Numbered from the stretch's first letter, positions 43,729 to 54,680 are shown. The stretch is DNA of 64,000 nt from a virus (IMGVR_UViG_3300027996_003878); one strand, 5' to 3'. Notes: generated from the letters alone by a model not told the origin. Numbers and translations are program-made.

Positions 43729-44424
43729 CTACATTGAATCTGTAGCATCAGGAAAAATAACATCATCATCACCAAAAGTAGGCATTGGTGCGGTATTCGA
43801 GCTAGTAGACTGATCAAAATTAGGAGCCACAACCTGATTTCGAACGTTATTCTTCTTCCTTATTGAATCTAATCTTTGCTTAACTTGCTCTGACGTAGGA
43901 GGAGAGCAGCGTCTAAGCAAATCATCAAGATCTGCATCATTCTTTAACTCTAAATCTGCTGGCGACAGAGCGCGATGTGGCAGAGCCACTACCATATAGT
44001 AACCTGAAGGTCCGGCTTCTTTATTTACCTTTATATCTATATCATAACGACCAGGATCGCCCCAGTTTTCATCACGTGAAAGCTCTTGAATGCCTCTAAA
44101 AACCGAAACGCTCATATCAAGGATTTTATAACTTTGAGTTTTACGATCAATGATTCCTACGAGCCATCGACGCTTAGCCCGATCACCCAATTCGCAGACC
44201 GCACAGGCCCCATTAAAGGAGCTACACATTATACGATCTCCAAAACCCTTCTGACCCTCTTCCTTATACTGATGCACCAAGTATTGGTGAGGTCGAGTAA
44301 TAATACGCACAGGATTACTGCCGCTGTTCAATCTCATATACAAATCACGAGATAAAGTTTTATTAAACTTAGGATTAACCTCAACATCATCCCAAGTTGT
44401 AAGACCGAAACTAGACTTTGACAT
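43729..44424 (-). CDS. gp32-like single-stranded DNA-binding protein
   Basis: VRII...H...C....C..C...R.W...IID, WGDP..YDI.I, acidic C-terminal tail DDDVIFPD; next to recA. Confidence 0.7.
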   Translation of the reverse strand: MSKSSFGLTTWDDVEVNPKFNKTLSRDLYMRLNSGSNPVRIITRPHQYLVHQYKEEGQKGFGDRIMCSSFNGACAVCELGDRAKRRWLVGIIDRKTQSYKILDMSVSVFRGIQELSRDENWGDPGRYDIDIKVNKEAGPSGYYMVVALPHRALSPADLELKNDADLDDLLRRCSPPTSEQVKQRLDSIRKKNNVRNQVVAPNFDQSTSSNTAPMPTFGDDDVIFPDATDSM

Positions 44425-44445
44425 ATTCTCTTTCCTTCTGCTTAA

Positions 44446-44745
44446 TTAGACGTTCGCCTTATAAGTTATATTTTTTATACTAACAATTTTGTGCCATGGA
44501 AAAAGTATATTTACCATAGCAATTTTTCTTTCATTTGCATGTTTTATTGCATCATCATAAGATTGAATATTGCTAGCTTTTTGCTCTTCAACTTCAAATC
44601 CCTTAAATTCAACAAAATTAGCACCTTTATCTACCCTCGTAGTCAAAAAGACTCGATAACAAGATTTAACAGGATCATTAATCGTAACCGAATAAAGAGA
44701 TTTATTCGTAGACGAACCCGGCATTCTATTTACTTTATCACTCAT
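44446..44745 (-). CDS. Hypothetical protein (99 aa)
   Basis: Co-oriented ORF between recA and the SSB gene. Confidence 0.7.
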   Translation of the reverse strand: MSDKVNRMPGSSTNKSLYSVTINDPVKSCYRVFLTTRVDKGANFVEFKGFEVEEQKASNIQSYDDAIKHANERKIAMVNILFPWHKIVSIKNITYKANV

Positions 44746-44761
44746 TATACAATCTTACCTT

Positions 44762-45733
44762 TTATTCCCAATCACCAGAACTACCTGATCCCTCGCCAGC
44801 CTTCAGAGACTCCAATAATGGGCTTTTTTTATGAATCATGATTCCGCCAGCTGTAATATCTAAATCCAACTCTGCAATAGAATCCTCTCCATCAAAAAGA
44901 TGATTCTTCCTGACCCTCGCACGAGTTACAATTCCAATTTTTCTCTTTATTTTATTCTTTACTCTAAATAAATCAGACTTTCTTGTCAATTGCACAATAA
45001 TACTGGAAAAGTATTCGACCTTTTGACCGCCTGATTCTTTTTGACCAGGAGCGCCGATATTGGCATACGTCTGATTTATTAGAAGAACGGCAATCTTTTC
45101 TTCATTTGAAACTTTATCTTTAAATTTTTCCATCAAATGAATAAATGATCTAAGAACTTGACCATTTTCCTTAGATGCCTCTGCCATTTGCCTTGAAGAA
45201 CGTAAGTTCCTGTCGCCCTCGCTTTTAGCCAAAGTCCCTCCAACAGAGTCCCAAACGACTAAAACTTTTCTATCAGGATACTGACTTAATGTTGAGTCAA
45301 TCAAATAATTGACCATATCAGCTCCCTCTGCAATCAACTTTGAGCTAACAATTAGCAGTTTCTTAGAATCACCACCAAAATAATTATCAAATCTATTTGC
45401 GCTAAATTTACTTTCTGAATCCCACAGAATTACAACAACTCCCTGATCCTGAGCCTGCTTCATAAAAGCCATAGCATGAGTGCTCTTACCGGAGTCCGGT
45501 CTACCTGCAATTTGCACTATACGACCAAAAGGTATACCTTTAATTCCAACCAACATTTCCCAAGGAGACTCCTTCCAACAAACAAAATGTCTATCTTCAG
45601 TAGGTCGAAAGATATCAGAGCCCGTTGATATCTGAGCCCCAAGGCCCTTCTCATTGCGAGAAAAATTAGCCCTAGCTTTATTAATAATATTATCTAAATC
45701 AATCTCAACTGGAGAATTGCTCTGCTTAGCCAT
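44762..45733 (-). CDS. recA: RecA/UvsX-family recombinase
   Basis: GIPFGRIVQIAGRPDSGKST Walker A, VWDSVGG Walker B, LINQ, SGG. Confidence 0.9.
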   Translation of the reverse strand: MAKQSNSPVEIDLDNIINKARANFSRNEKGLGAQISTGSDIFRPTEDRHFVCWKESPWEMLVGIKGIPFGRIVQIAGRPDSGKSTHAMAFMKQAQDQGVVVILWDSESKFSANRFDNYFGGDSKKLLIVSSKLIAEGADMVNYLIDSTLSQYPDRKVLVVWDSVGGTLAKSEGDRNLRSSRQMAEASKENGQVLRSFIHLMEKFKDKVSNEEKIAVLLINQTYANIGAPGQKESGGQKVEYFSSIIVQLTRKSDLFRVKNKIKRKIGIVTRARVRKNHLFDGEDSIAELDLDITAGGIMIHKKSPLLESLKAGEGSGSSGDWE

Positions 45734-45743
45734 AATTACCTAT

Positions 45744-46289
45744 TTACTTCGCCAAATTTCTAAAAAATATATGAGCTTCTTTGAAGATATTGAAGACGTA
45801 ATTCCACTTTTTTGAATTTTTCTCACACTTCAATATTTTATTCTTGGCGCTAGTTACGGAGCTATCTATTATAACCTTTTGCTTTAAGGCAACTTCCGTT
45901 ATTCTAGTTTCCGCCTCGCTCCTAATCCTAAGAGCCACTTCAGATTCAACCAACTCTACATCATACTTTGCCTGCTTAACCCTACATTCAGCATCAGAAA
46001 GCAAATCTGATATCTCAATTTGGGCTGACAAAGCTAATGAAGCAACTCGCTCTGCCTTCGAAACATCAAAGGAGCCCGAGTAAACTTTTGACATATAATA
46101 GTTGAGCGCATCCGTAAAAACCTCAACCTTTTTCGCTCTAGTACAATTACTGAAATCAAATAAAAATTTATCAAAATCAAAAACAGGCTCAGTCACACTA
46201 GTAGAAGCGCTTTGCGACGCCGTTACGGATGTCGGCGTATGACCTTCATTATAATTTGACTGAACTACTTCATCCCAAGATGCTGACAT
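45744..46289 (-). CDS. UvsY-like recombination mediator (coiled coil)
   Basis: Directly upstream of recA. Helical C-terminal half ...RITEVALKQKVIIDS.V..AK...L......W is similar in pattern to UvsY. Confidence 0.45.
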   Translation of the reverse strand: MSASWDEVVQSNYNEGHTPTSVTASQSASTSVTEPVFDFDKFLFDFSNCTRAKKVEVFTDALNYYMSKVYSGSFDVSKAERVASLALSAQIEISDLLSDAECRVKQAKYDVELVESEVALRIRSEAETRITEVALKQKVIIDSSVTSAKNKILKCEKNSKKWNYVFNIFKEAHIFFRNLAK

Positions 46290-46307
46290 AAAAGGTTCCC
46301 TTAATCA

Positions 46308-46655
46308 CTAAGATTGATTACTTTTCTTAAGTAACTTCATCTCATCGATTATTTTTTTAGCCTCATTTATTGTCAGCTTTGCATCTTTAATTAAATCATC
46401 AACATGGCTACACGCGGCACCCAAGTGCTGGTGAACCATAACATTAACAAGAAACATATAAATTTCCATACTGGTATATTTTCCAGTCGGAGGTCTTAAA
46501 AATATAATTATACCCTTTTCATTTGTTTCAAATAGACCTTTAAACAAATCCTTTCCAGAGAAATTATTTCTATCATAGGACTTGCAAATTTCATTATATA
46601 ATGCAAACTCAGAGTCAGTTAAATCAATTTTCTTGTTATCAATTATTCTGAGCAT
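46308..46655 (-). CDS. Hypothetical protein
   Basis: 115 aa, co-oriented ORF. Confidence 0.7.
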   Translation of the reverse strand: MLRIIDNKKIDLTDSEFALYNEICKSYDRNNFSGKDLFKGLFETNEKGIIIFLRPPTGKYTSMEIYMFLVNVMVHQHLGAACSHVDDLIKDAKLTINEAKKIIDEMKLLKKSNQS

Positions 46656-46658
46656 CTG

Positions 46659-47366
46659 TCAGCTGCCCCTTCTAAAGGTACCCTTTCCAGATCCAAAGTC
46701 AGCTGTACCGCCACTAGCTATTGCATCTTGTTTTTTCAGTCTATCAATTCTAGAGCGACGTAACGCCTCGCTGGCGCTCGCATCTCCCCCAGAAAGCCCT
46801 GACACAGACTCCACCATAGCTTTAACCTCATTTGAAGACAAAGGCTCAAGTTCTTTATCGTGCGACACAAGAGAATTGTTCGCAAGAAGCTTTTTTGCTA
46901 AAACTATATCTTTGGGCTCGGCATTTAATTGAATTTCATTTAAATCATCCAATTCAACATCGCTGCCTTCACCGCCATAAAGCGACGAGTCTTGATCAGA
47001 AAGCTTACTTAGCATAGCTTTTAATTTGTTATGATTATCCATTGCATGGGGCGCATTTGTTCGCTTTAAAAACTTTTGAACAGGATTGTCTGCCACTTTT
47101 AATTCAGAGCCTTTAACTAAACTTTCTTTTCTATAAAATAGAGTGGGCTCCGCACTGCCAATTTTCTTTAAAGAGTAATTAGAAAGAAGCCAACCTGCAA
47201 GTCCTTCAGGATCATTCGGCATTCTTTCCATTGCAGACGACAACTCTTCAAGCAGCTCTTTAGTGCTTTCCGACATAATCTCCCCACCGCAAGCAGGGCA
47301 TTCATTTTTAGCAATAACAGTCACCCACGCAGGGGGTATCTCCACTCTACAATTTTCACAAAACAT
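46659..47366 (-). CDS. Hypothetical protein with an N-terminal zinc ribbon
   Basis: CENC...CPAC; 235 aa. Confidence 0.7.
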   Translation of the reverse strand: MFCENCRVEIPPAWVTVIAKNECPACGGEIMSESTKELLEELSSAMERMPNDPEGLAGWLLSNYSLKKIGSAEPTLFYRKESLVKGSELKVADNPVQKFLKRTNAPHAMDNHNKLKAMLSKLSDQDSSLYGGEGSDVELDDLNEIQLNAEPKDIVLAKKLLANNSLVSHDKELEPLSSNEVKAMVESVSGLSGGDASASEALRRSRIDRLKKQDAIASGGTADFGSGKGTFRRGS

Positions 47367-47434
47367 ATAACACCCTTAATTTGTTAATTATAACTTTATT
47401 TATATTGTATGATCAAAAAAAATCGACAATTAAA

Positions 47435-50400
47435 TCATATTAAGTCTACACAATTAACGTCTACGTTACCTTCTTCTATTAGCTCGCTCTCAATTTCCTC
47501 TAGCACCTTATCAGGGTCTATCTTAGCTACCTTGACTCTTGGCTTTCTTTTGGTTCGAGTTTTTAAGGATACTTTCCTAGACTCTCTGTCTTTAGGCATA
47601 GGGGGGATTGGCGCGCATGTTAATATGTCATCTAAGACAATTGACATGCTTCCTTCGTACCAATTTATAGATCCAGAACAATGCATTGCCACCCCAGCCT
47701 CTAACTTAGACCTTCGTCCCAAGAAATCCCTAACTCTTTTCTTAACAGCAACTAATGTTTGGGGGAAAATAGTAACACTAATAATATTATTATAAGGATC
47801 TTCAAGTGTCATTTTAGCCATCAACTCGCCGTATAACTTACTTGTCTCCTTCTTTATTTTAAACTCAAAAATACTTCGAACTACGCCTTGAATAACGCCG
47901 TCAGATTCATCCAAGTAAAACTTATCTCTTGAATTACCACTATCACCCACAGAGTACTTTTTCTCTAACAAAGAAAAGTTTGAGGCATAACGATTAAAGA
48001 AACCAGGATACTGATCAAGTATTCCGCCAGACAAAGCCTCACCTATGTAATAATTTTCCATCGCACATTTTTCTGCAATGGTCCAGTCACCCACAACTTC
48101 ATCCTCAGGCCAAGGATAAGGAAATGTCTCATCAGGGCCATGCCTCTTTTTCCAAACCTGAATTTTCTTTTTATAGTCTGAAGAATATAAGTAAGCTTTC
48201 TTTCTGGATATCCCAAATCGATCCAAACAACCACATGCAGCAAGACCCTGCACACTTCCAAGGTTAACTTTTCTCCCATCAACCTTTCGCATCATATCTT
48301 CAAAGCTACAAAAAGGTCTTTTAGATAAAATTTCAGGTATAGCCTGCTTTCCCATATTTTTCAAAGCATCTAAGCCCGTAAGAAGCGTATTACGATCAAT
48401 GATTTTATAACTAACATCTGAATCATTAACATCAGGCGGAAGAATTGTTACATCTAAACTTCTTATCTCTTTCTTTATTTTTGAAATATTATCTTTGGCA
48501 ATTTTAGCGTTAGAGTTAACTTCATGCATAAGGTTTGCTGTCAAAAACTCTAACGGAAAATGAGCTTTAAGATATGCAGTCTGATATCCTAAAAAGCCAT
48601 AGAAGACCGCATGCGACTTGTTGAAAGCGTAGCCTTGAAATTTATCTACAATTTCATCCCATATACGAGTAGCAAGAGCCCTATCTAAACCTTTGTTATT
48701 CACACTGCCATTGATAAAGTCTTCTCGCCAATCCGCTACTCGCTTTGGATTTTTGCCCTTTTCCTTAGTCAATTTTCTCAAACGATCAGCCTCGTGCATA
48801 TTCCAACCGGCCACATCTTGAGCTAAATACATTAAGCACTCTTCATAAACGGCAAACCCATAAGTACTTTCAAAAGCTCTCTTTAAAGAAGGATGGAGCA
48901 GATCAACTTTTTTACCAGTATTCCTAAAATCAATAAATGGCTTTCTAATATCACGAGCATTGGGCCTTGCCAGCGCGTTAATAAGCGCTAAATCGGAAAT
49001 GCATTTTGGCTTTAATCTTTTACATAAGTCAATAGTTCCAGAACTCGTTCCAAGCTGAAAAACACAAAAGGTATTACCGCTTGATATCAAATCATATGTC
49101 TTTTGATCATTAGCATCATAATCCAAATGACCGGTAGGAACCTCTGCCCCTGAAACCTTAATCAACTCCAAGGTCTTATCTATAATATCTAAGGTCGATA
49201 CTCCAAGGACATCCATTTTTACGAGACCATTTGCCTCCGCACGAGTCTTTTCGTACTCTATTGCAACATTGCCCTCTTTGTCTCTTCTTATAGGTACAAA
49301 TTCAACCAAAGGCCTCTTTCCAATAACAATACCTCCGGCATGAGTGCTCCAAGTTTTTATCTTTTTATCTAAAAAGCTTGAAAATCTCTTAAGTTCTGAA
49401 TAGTTTGGAGAATTAGCATACTCCATAAATAAAGGCGCTTCTTTTAAAGCGCTTTCTATTGTCTTAATATCAGGAGGAATTGAGTCAGCTATGTTTGTGC
49501 CAATCTCTACTGCCTTTTTTGGGTTACCACCATATTCAAAGGCCCTTGAGATATCACGCGCAAAAATTTTAGGCGTCAGAGTATTGATATTGCTGACGTG
49601 CGCTACATGATTAACACCATATTTATCTCTTATATACTCCCAAACCTTTTCCTTGCCATACGAAGCAAAGTCAACATCAATATCTGGAAACTCTGTCTTG
49701 TATTTATTTAAAAAGCGAGCAAAAATTAAACCATATTTAATTGGATCAGCCTCATGAATGCCAATCAAATATGCAATCATACTGCCACCAACGGAACCTC
49801 TTCCAGGCCCAACCGGAATATTGTTTCTTTTGCAATAATTAATATAGTCAGCGACAATTAACATATAAGAAGAAAATCCATGATACTCAATAACATCATA
49901 TTCTTCTTCTAATCGAGATTTGTACTCTAACGAATCACCTTGGGCTTTACTTGAAATCCCTTCTTCACAAAGATATCTCAAGTAAGAGGCATCTTCATCT
50001 AAGCCCTTTACTTTGTTGCTTTGGCCGCCAAGCCAATTCTTAAAATTTAAATAGTTCTTTTGAATGGAGACATTAAACTTTGGCAACTCTTTTCCAGAAG
50101 GGTTAGAAAATTTAGGATCAATCCAATCAGGCTGCTCGCAAAGATCAGAAAAATATAAAGTATTATCGCAAAATTCATCAGCCTTTTCCTTATAGAGCCT
50201 AAAGAAAAAGTCACGAACTTCTTGTCTAGATTTTACGTAAAACTCATTGTAAGGAGAGTATTTAAGTCTAGCATTAGACCCAACCGGCCTCCCCGCACCA
50301 ATTGCCAACATCACATCATGAGCCTCACTATCTTTTTTGTAAAGATAATGAGCGTCAGTCGCTGCTATAACCCTAATACCTAATTCTTTGCCTATTTTTA

Positions 50401-50998
50401 TAAGCCAATGATTAACTATACTTTGATCTTCGTAATCATTGTAATTACTGGCATTTCTTTTTAAAGCATGCGGCTGAATTTCCAAACCAAGCGAGTCGCC
50501 AAAAATATCTTTTAATCTTTTGGCTTCTTTCTTTGCTTGATCTATTCTTCTAGTATTTATCAATCTAGATAAAATACCACTTCCACAAGCAGTAGTACAA
50601 ATTAAACCTTCACTACACTTTTCTAAGACATTCCAATCTATACGTGGAATAACTTTATTGAATCCGACGACAAATTTATCATTTGCCAACTTATTTGCTA
50701 ATAATAAATTTTTATAGCCAGTGTGGTTTTTAGCTATGAGAATTACATGCCTCAACCTCTCACTTTGATTTTCTAAATCCTCAGTAAAATAAAACTCACA
50801 GCCCATCAAAAGCTTAACGCCATGCTCTTTCGAGGACTTTAGACAGTCCCAAGCCCCTGCTAGTGTTGCGTGATCTGTTACCGCGATAGATTTTTGACCC
50901 AACTCTTTTGCGCGCTTAAATAAATCGGATGGCTCAATCAAACTATCCATCAAAGAATAGACTGTATGATTATGGAGAGAGCAATAATCATTTGTCAT
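47435..50998 (-). CDS. dnaE: DNA polymerase III alpha subunit (family C)
   Basis: PHP domain (HNHT.YS, TDH, GCEFY, DAHY), GRGS.GGS, PDIDVDF, KMDVLG, HAGG, FNKSHA, OB fold. Confidence 0.96.
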   Translation of the reverse strand: MTNDYCSLHNHTVYSLMDSLIEPSDLFKRAKELGQKSIAVTDHATLAGAWDCLKSSKEHGVKLLMGCEFYFTEDLENQSERLRHVILIAKNHTGYKNLLLANKLANDKFVVGFNKVIPRIDWNVLEKCSEGLICTTACGSGILSRLINTRRIDQAKKEAKRLKDIFGDSLGLEIQPHALKRNASNYNDYEDQSIVNHWLIKIGKELGIRVIAATDAHYLYKKDSEAHDVMLAIGAGRPVGSNARLKYSPYNEFYVKSRQEVRDFFFRLYKEKADEFCDNTLYFSDLCEQPDWIDPKFSNPSGKELPKFNVSIQKNYLNFKNWLGGQSNKVKGLDEDASYLRYLCEEGISSKAQGDSLEYKSRLEEEYDVIEYHGFSSYMLIVADYINYCKRNNIPVGPGRGSVGGSMIAYLIGIHEADPIKYGLIFARFLNKYKTEFPDIDVDFASYGKEKVWEYIRDKYGVNHVAHVSNINTLTPKIFARDISRAFEYGGNPKKAVEIGTNIADSIPPDIKTIESALKEAPLFMEYANSPNYSELKRFSSFLDKKIKTWSTHAGGIVIGKRPLVEFVPIRRDKEGNVAIEYEKTRAEANGLVKMDVLGVSTLDIIDKTLELIKVSGAEVPTGHLDYDANDQKTYDLISSGNTFCVFQLGTSSGTIDLCKRLKPKCISDLALINALARPNARDIRKPFIDFRNTGKKVDLLHPSLKRAFESTYGFAVYEECLMYLAQDVAGWNMHEADRLRKLTKEKGKNPKRVADWREDFINGSVNNKGLDRALATRIWDEIVDKFQGYAFNKSHAVFYGFLGYQTAYLKAHFPLEFLTANLMHEVNSNAKIAKDNISKIKKEIRSLDVTILPPDVNDSDVSYKIIDRNTLLTGLDALKNMGKQAIPEILSKRPFCSFEDMMRKVDGRKVNLGSVQGLAACGCLDRFGISRKKAYLYSSDYKKKIQVWKKRHGPDETFPYPWPEDEVVGDWTIAEKCAMENYYIGEALSGGILDQYPGFFNRYASNFSLLEKKYSVGDSGNSRDKFYLDESDGVIQGVVRSIFEFKIKKETSKLYGELMAKMTLEDPYNNIISVTIFPQTLVAVKKRVRDFLGRRSKLEAGVAMHCSGSINWYEGSMSIVLDDILTCAPIPPMPKDRESRKVSLKTRTKRKPRVKVAKIDPDKVLEEIESELIEEGNVDVNCVDLI

Positions 50999-51279
50999 GA
51001 ATTTACAGCTTTATCTAATGTTTTCTCAAAAAAATCTAACTGCTCGATGCAACCTTTTCCAGAACATCGGACATTAATACGATTAGAGCCATAAGCTGAA
51101 GTCGCAACCAAATTACCTCTTCTTGCATAAAACACACCTGCAACTTTAAAGTTAGAAGGTAAGGTATAATTATGCCTTTCAAAGATATATATTTGATTTT
51201 TTCGAATCGGCTTATTAGCCTCAAATATAAAGGCCTTGCTGCCACAGCAAGACCTTACTATATGCCTCTTGATGGACAC
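50995..51279 (-). CDS. Small Cys-containing hypothetical protein
   Basis: 94 aa; ATGA-type overlap with the dnaE start. Confidence 0.65.
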   Translation of the reverse strand: MSIKRHIVRSCCGSKAFIFEANKPIRKNQIYIFERHNYTLPSNFKVAGVFYARRGNLVATSAYGSNRINVRCSGKGCIEQLDFFEKTLDKAVNS

Positions 51280-51284
51280 AGTTA

Positions 51285-51572
51285 CTAAAAAGCCCCACGG
51301 CCTTCCATAACATATATCAAATATTTTATCATTGCTTTGTGAGTATTTATAACATCTCTATACCCGCCATTTAGCTCTTTAACCATTTCTTTTAAATCTT
51401 TAAGCTTCTCGTCACTCTCCATGTCCTTTTCAGTAGAAGAAATCTCTCTCTCATACTCTATGAGGCGGGCTTTTGCCTCTTCGGTAGACAGTGATTCTGC
51501 CGTTTTCTCAAAACCTTCGGGCAGCTTAACTCGCCATTTTTTCGGAAAAACCGTTGTTACATTCTCTGACAT
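51285..51572 (-). CDS. Small coiled-coil hypothetical protein
   Basis: 95 aa, helical. Confidence 0.7.
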   Translation of the reverse strand: MSENVTTVFPKKWRVKLPEGFEKTAESLSTEEAKARLIEYEREISSTEKDMESDEKLKDLKEMVKELNGGYRDVINTHKAMIKYLIYVMEGRGAF

Positions 51573-51586
51573 CTTTCTCTCCTCAG

Positions 51587-52891
51587 CTATTCAACAATTT
51601 CAACTTTACTAAGCAACCACTCCAATGTGGCCTGATCTTTCCATGCCGCTACCATCCCTACCAACCGACCACTACTTTGTAGTTGTTGAATAATAGCATT
51701 GGCATCTTGACCTGGATTATTCGATGCCAGCTGACTTTGCACAACTCGCATAATCTCTTCATCAGAAAATGAACAATCTGGCTCTCTATCTCGAATTGAA
51801 TCTAAAATTAAAGATAGCTTGACGCTCTTAACGGCATATTTATTTAAATTGACCCTGGTTTCTTCTGGAGCATTGCTCCAATCAACCCCACTTTGACGAG
51901 CCAATTGCTGAGCCTCCATTAGAGCCAGCCACGAAGGAACATCAATAGAATTCATCTCAACTAATTTATTTGTTAATTGCTGCAAGATAAGCTGCCTATA
52001 AGACTCCTGGCTCTTTTTTGCAGCTACTCCCTGCGCATTGTCCCTCAGTTGCTCAAAACTTTCAAAGTTAAGCTTTTTAGCAAGCTCATCATCTAATGCG
52101 CACGGGACATTCTTTATACCCATATGGAGATTGACTTTAAATGTCAAATTTTCAACATCTTCATCAAAAGTCAAATTCAACTCTTTATTGAAAACATCCC
52201 TAAACGATTCATTCAAAGGAATGTCAAATGATCGCTCTTCTCCGACTTCCATGCCGTAAAGGTTAACATCAAAATTTGGCAACCAATTTTGACCAACATC
52301 ATAAACAACGCCCTCTTTACTTAGCTCTTCAACAGATTCAGTTCCAGCCGTACATTGGACGTCAAAAGTAATCTTGTCACCTTCCTGGCAAAAATCACCA
52401 TCACCAAAAGGAACTACATCGCCGTGCTTAACTCTTAACTCTTGCAGCATGAGCTGCGCCATCTCAACGGCAGAAGAGGGCTGATGAGGTTTTGGTATTT
52501 TTATACCAACATAATCCACCAATTCAAAATCTGGCTTCTTTAAGAAAAACAAGTCACAATAAAAATTAGTACCATCAAGTGAAACATTATTTACCTGAGG
52601 GTAACCAATTGGCTTCATTTTAGTCTCGAACAAAACTTCATCGTAAGCCAGGGCGACTATTTCTTTAGTCATGACTTGCTCAATTTCGCGCTTCATCACT
52701 TGCTTTATAACCCTGTCAGGGGCTTTATTTTTTCGAAAGCCCTTGGCCTTAACACCGCGAAAACGCTCGACAGCTTCCTGTCTCTTTTCTCTAACGACGT
52801 CAACATCAGCGACGTATTCAACACTAATCTTGCAAGGCTCTACTTCTTTTATCTGAAAAGGCAACTCAATCACCCCAATCACTAACGCCAA
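51587..52891 (-). CDS. tig: Trigger factor (probable TTG start near 52864)
   Basis: GFRKNKAP ribosome-binding signature variant, FKBP-like domain (GD.ITFD...LPNFD.NLYGM..GEERSF.I), C-terminal chaperone domain. Confidence 0.88.
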   Translation of the reverse strand: MALVIGVIELPFQIKEVEPCKISVEYVADVDVVREKRQEAVERFRGVKAKGFRKNKAPDRVIKQVMKREIEQVMTKEIVALAYDEVLFETKMKPIGYPQVNNVSLDGTNFYCDLFFLKKPDFELVDYVGIKIPKPHQPSSAVEMAQLMLQELRVKHGDVVPFGDGDFCQEGDKITFDVQCTAGTESVEELSKEGVVYDVGQNWLPNFDVNLYGMEVGEERSFDIPLNESFRDVFNKELNLTFDEDVENLTFKVNLHMGIKNVPCALDDELAKKLNFESFEQLRDNAQGVAAKKSQESYRQLILQQLTNKLVEMNSIDVPSWLALMEAQQLARQSGVDWSNAPEETRVNLNKYAVKSVKLSLILDSIRDREPDCSFSDEEIMRVVQSQLASNNPGQDANAIIQQLQSSGRLVGMVAAWKDQATLEWLLSKVEIVE

Positions 52892-53696
52892 ACTTTATTA
52901 AGTTGGCTTCATTAATAAATTTACGACCAGAATCACACGATGATAAGAAATCACAAAACCCACATAATTTATTAGGGCTTGGCCTCCATAATTTTTCTTT
53001 ATTTATTTCGCCCGCATGGTGTAATAGCTTATCAGCCATCTTTAAGACTTCATCTCTAGAGAACTCTTTTGAGATCGCCTCGAAAGAGTGTCTCAACATA
53101 ATGTATGATGTTCTAACTCTGTCTATCGACGGATCCTCTAAACATATAACGTAAGCATAAACCAATAATTGAAAAAAATCTTTTTTAAGATATTTTTTAC
53201 TTTTTGATGTTTTGTAATCTGCAACATGAATTACACCATCACAATCTCGCTGAACAACGTCTATAAAGCCGTTTAATAAAATTTGATCATTTATATTAAT
53301 ATAAAAATCTTTTTCAACGCACAATACAGTCGGAAGTTGGCCTTTATTTTTATCCAACTGTATTTTTTTTAAATAATTATTACATATATCCCAAGCCTCT
53401 CTTTTTTGGGGCTCAGAGACATTGTACTCTTTTAATGCAGATAAAAAGCAATTTGACATCAAAAAATGATAAGGATCTTTATTCCCCTCAATAATTTGTT
53501 GATGAAAATCCTCTAAAATTTTATGACAGAACTTGCCAAAAACATGAAAATGCCACTCTTTTCTAGGTAACTTTTCAATATAAGAAAATCTATATTTAGC
53601 AGCGCAATCTTTGAATGTTTTTATTTTACTAGAAGATAAAGACAATAAATTACTTGTATTATCCTTATTAGGAAGAAACTCTTGCTTTAAAATCAT
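52866..53696 (-). CDS. PD-(D/E)xK RecB/Cas4-like nuclease with a probable Fe-S cluster
   Basis: S.S.I.TF..C...Y, GFID, DYKT, C-terminal LCGFCDF..SC. Confidence 0.85.
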   Translation of the reverse strand: MILKQEFLPNKDNTSNLLSLSSSKIKTFKDCAAKYRFSYIEKLPRKEWHFHVFGKFCHKILEDFHQQIIEGNKDPYHFLMSNCFLSALKEYNVSEPQKREAWDICNNYLKKIQLDKNKGQLPTVLCVEKDFYININDQILLNGFIDVVQRDCDGVIHVADYKTSKSKKYLKKDFFQLLVYAYVICLEDPSIDRVRTSYIMLRHSFEAISKEFSRDEVLKMADKLLHHAGEINKEKLWRPSPNKLCGFCDFLSSCDSGRKFINEANLIKFGVSDWGD

Positions 53697-53699
53697 AAA

Positions 53700-54680
53700 C
53701 TAAGGCAGCCTTTGTCCTTTAAATGGAATCCATCGAAATACATTACGATCCCCACGCTTTCTCGATGAAAATACAATATTAAAAAGGCCCGGCGCTCTTG
53801 GGTTTGGTTTATATGGCTCTTTAGAAATAATCCACCTTAATGTGGCAGAATCATGGTAATAATAAGTAATGGTATGCTCTCTTGGATTATAATGAGCCCT
53901 TACAAAGCTACCGGTAGGGCCTAAAACTTGTGCATCTAGAAGAACTCCGTCCCTAACGATTTCAGGATTTTCCAAAGAAAAATAATTTCTATTTATCTGC
54001 AATATATCATCATCAAAAGGCTCTTTCGTATTGTCCTGATAAATAACTAAAGCTCTTGGATTGAAATATCTGCTATTTGCATCAGTAGATTCTGGGCCAT
54101 AATTTGGCTCAGGGACATGAATAGTAACCTCTGCGGGCAAAGTTCCTATCCCATGACCCCTTTCTCCTAGATAATCAGAGTCTGAAAATAATATTTCATA
54201 TTCATTTATTGGCTTGTCGGTATAATTTGCATACTCTCCCGTGCCTGAGCCGTCAAACCCATCCGGTATGCCTGGAACGTCCGGCCTATCAACTACATCG
54301 CCTCCAATATTTCCATATTGAACCTCAACAGAGGGAGAGGCATCTCCAAATGGATATAAATTAATAGTCTTATCAGAAATATTACTTCCAGTCACCTCAT
54401 CATGAGACTGCCTAAGTGGGACTATATTTGGGGCATATTCTTTGGTAACAATTGGAGAGCTATCTGTTCCGTCAGTAGCAAATATTTTTAATGTTACAGA
54501 GTTGACATTAGTGGGCATCTCTATCGGATTTAAATATAATGTAGAAGATGCAGATGGATCTGTACCATCAAGAGTATAAAATATTGAAGAAGGAATATTT
54601 GTAGTTATAGTTACGGTCTTAGGTATTCCAGATAAAAGCTGATCTGAACTATCCGTCACTGTTATTACTATTACCGCCAT
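53700..54680 (-). CDS. Protein with an N-terminal chitobiase/Fn3-associated (CHB_HEX_C_1-like) domain
   Basis: IFYTLDGTDPS..STLY..PI.....VTLK.FA.D...SSP.V...Y. Confidence 0.7.
   Translation of the reverse strand: MAVIVITVTDSSDQLLSGIPKTVTITTNIPSSIFYTLDGTDPSASSTLYLNPIEMPTNVNSVTLKIFATDGTDSSPIVTKEYAPNIVPLRQSHDEVTGSNISDKTINLYPFGDASPSVEVQYGNIGGDVVDRPDVPGIPDGFDGSGTGEYANYTDKPINEYEILFSDSDYLGERGHGIGTLPAEVTIHVPEPNYGPESTDANSRYFNPRALVIYQDNTKEPFDDDILQINRNYFSLENPEIVRDGVLLDAQVLGPTGSFVRAHYNPREHTITYYYHDSATLRWIISKEPYKPNPRAPGLFNIVFSSRKRGDRNVFRWIPFKGQRLP

Noticed and set aside
29444-50998. Inteins or introns in TerL, RecA or DnaE
   Set aside because: Lengths are typical, motifs are contiguous, and no intein splice or LAGLIDADG/HNH signatures were seen.
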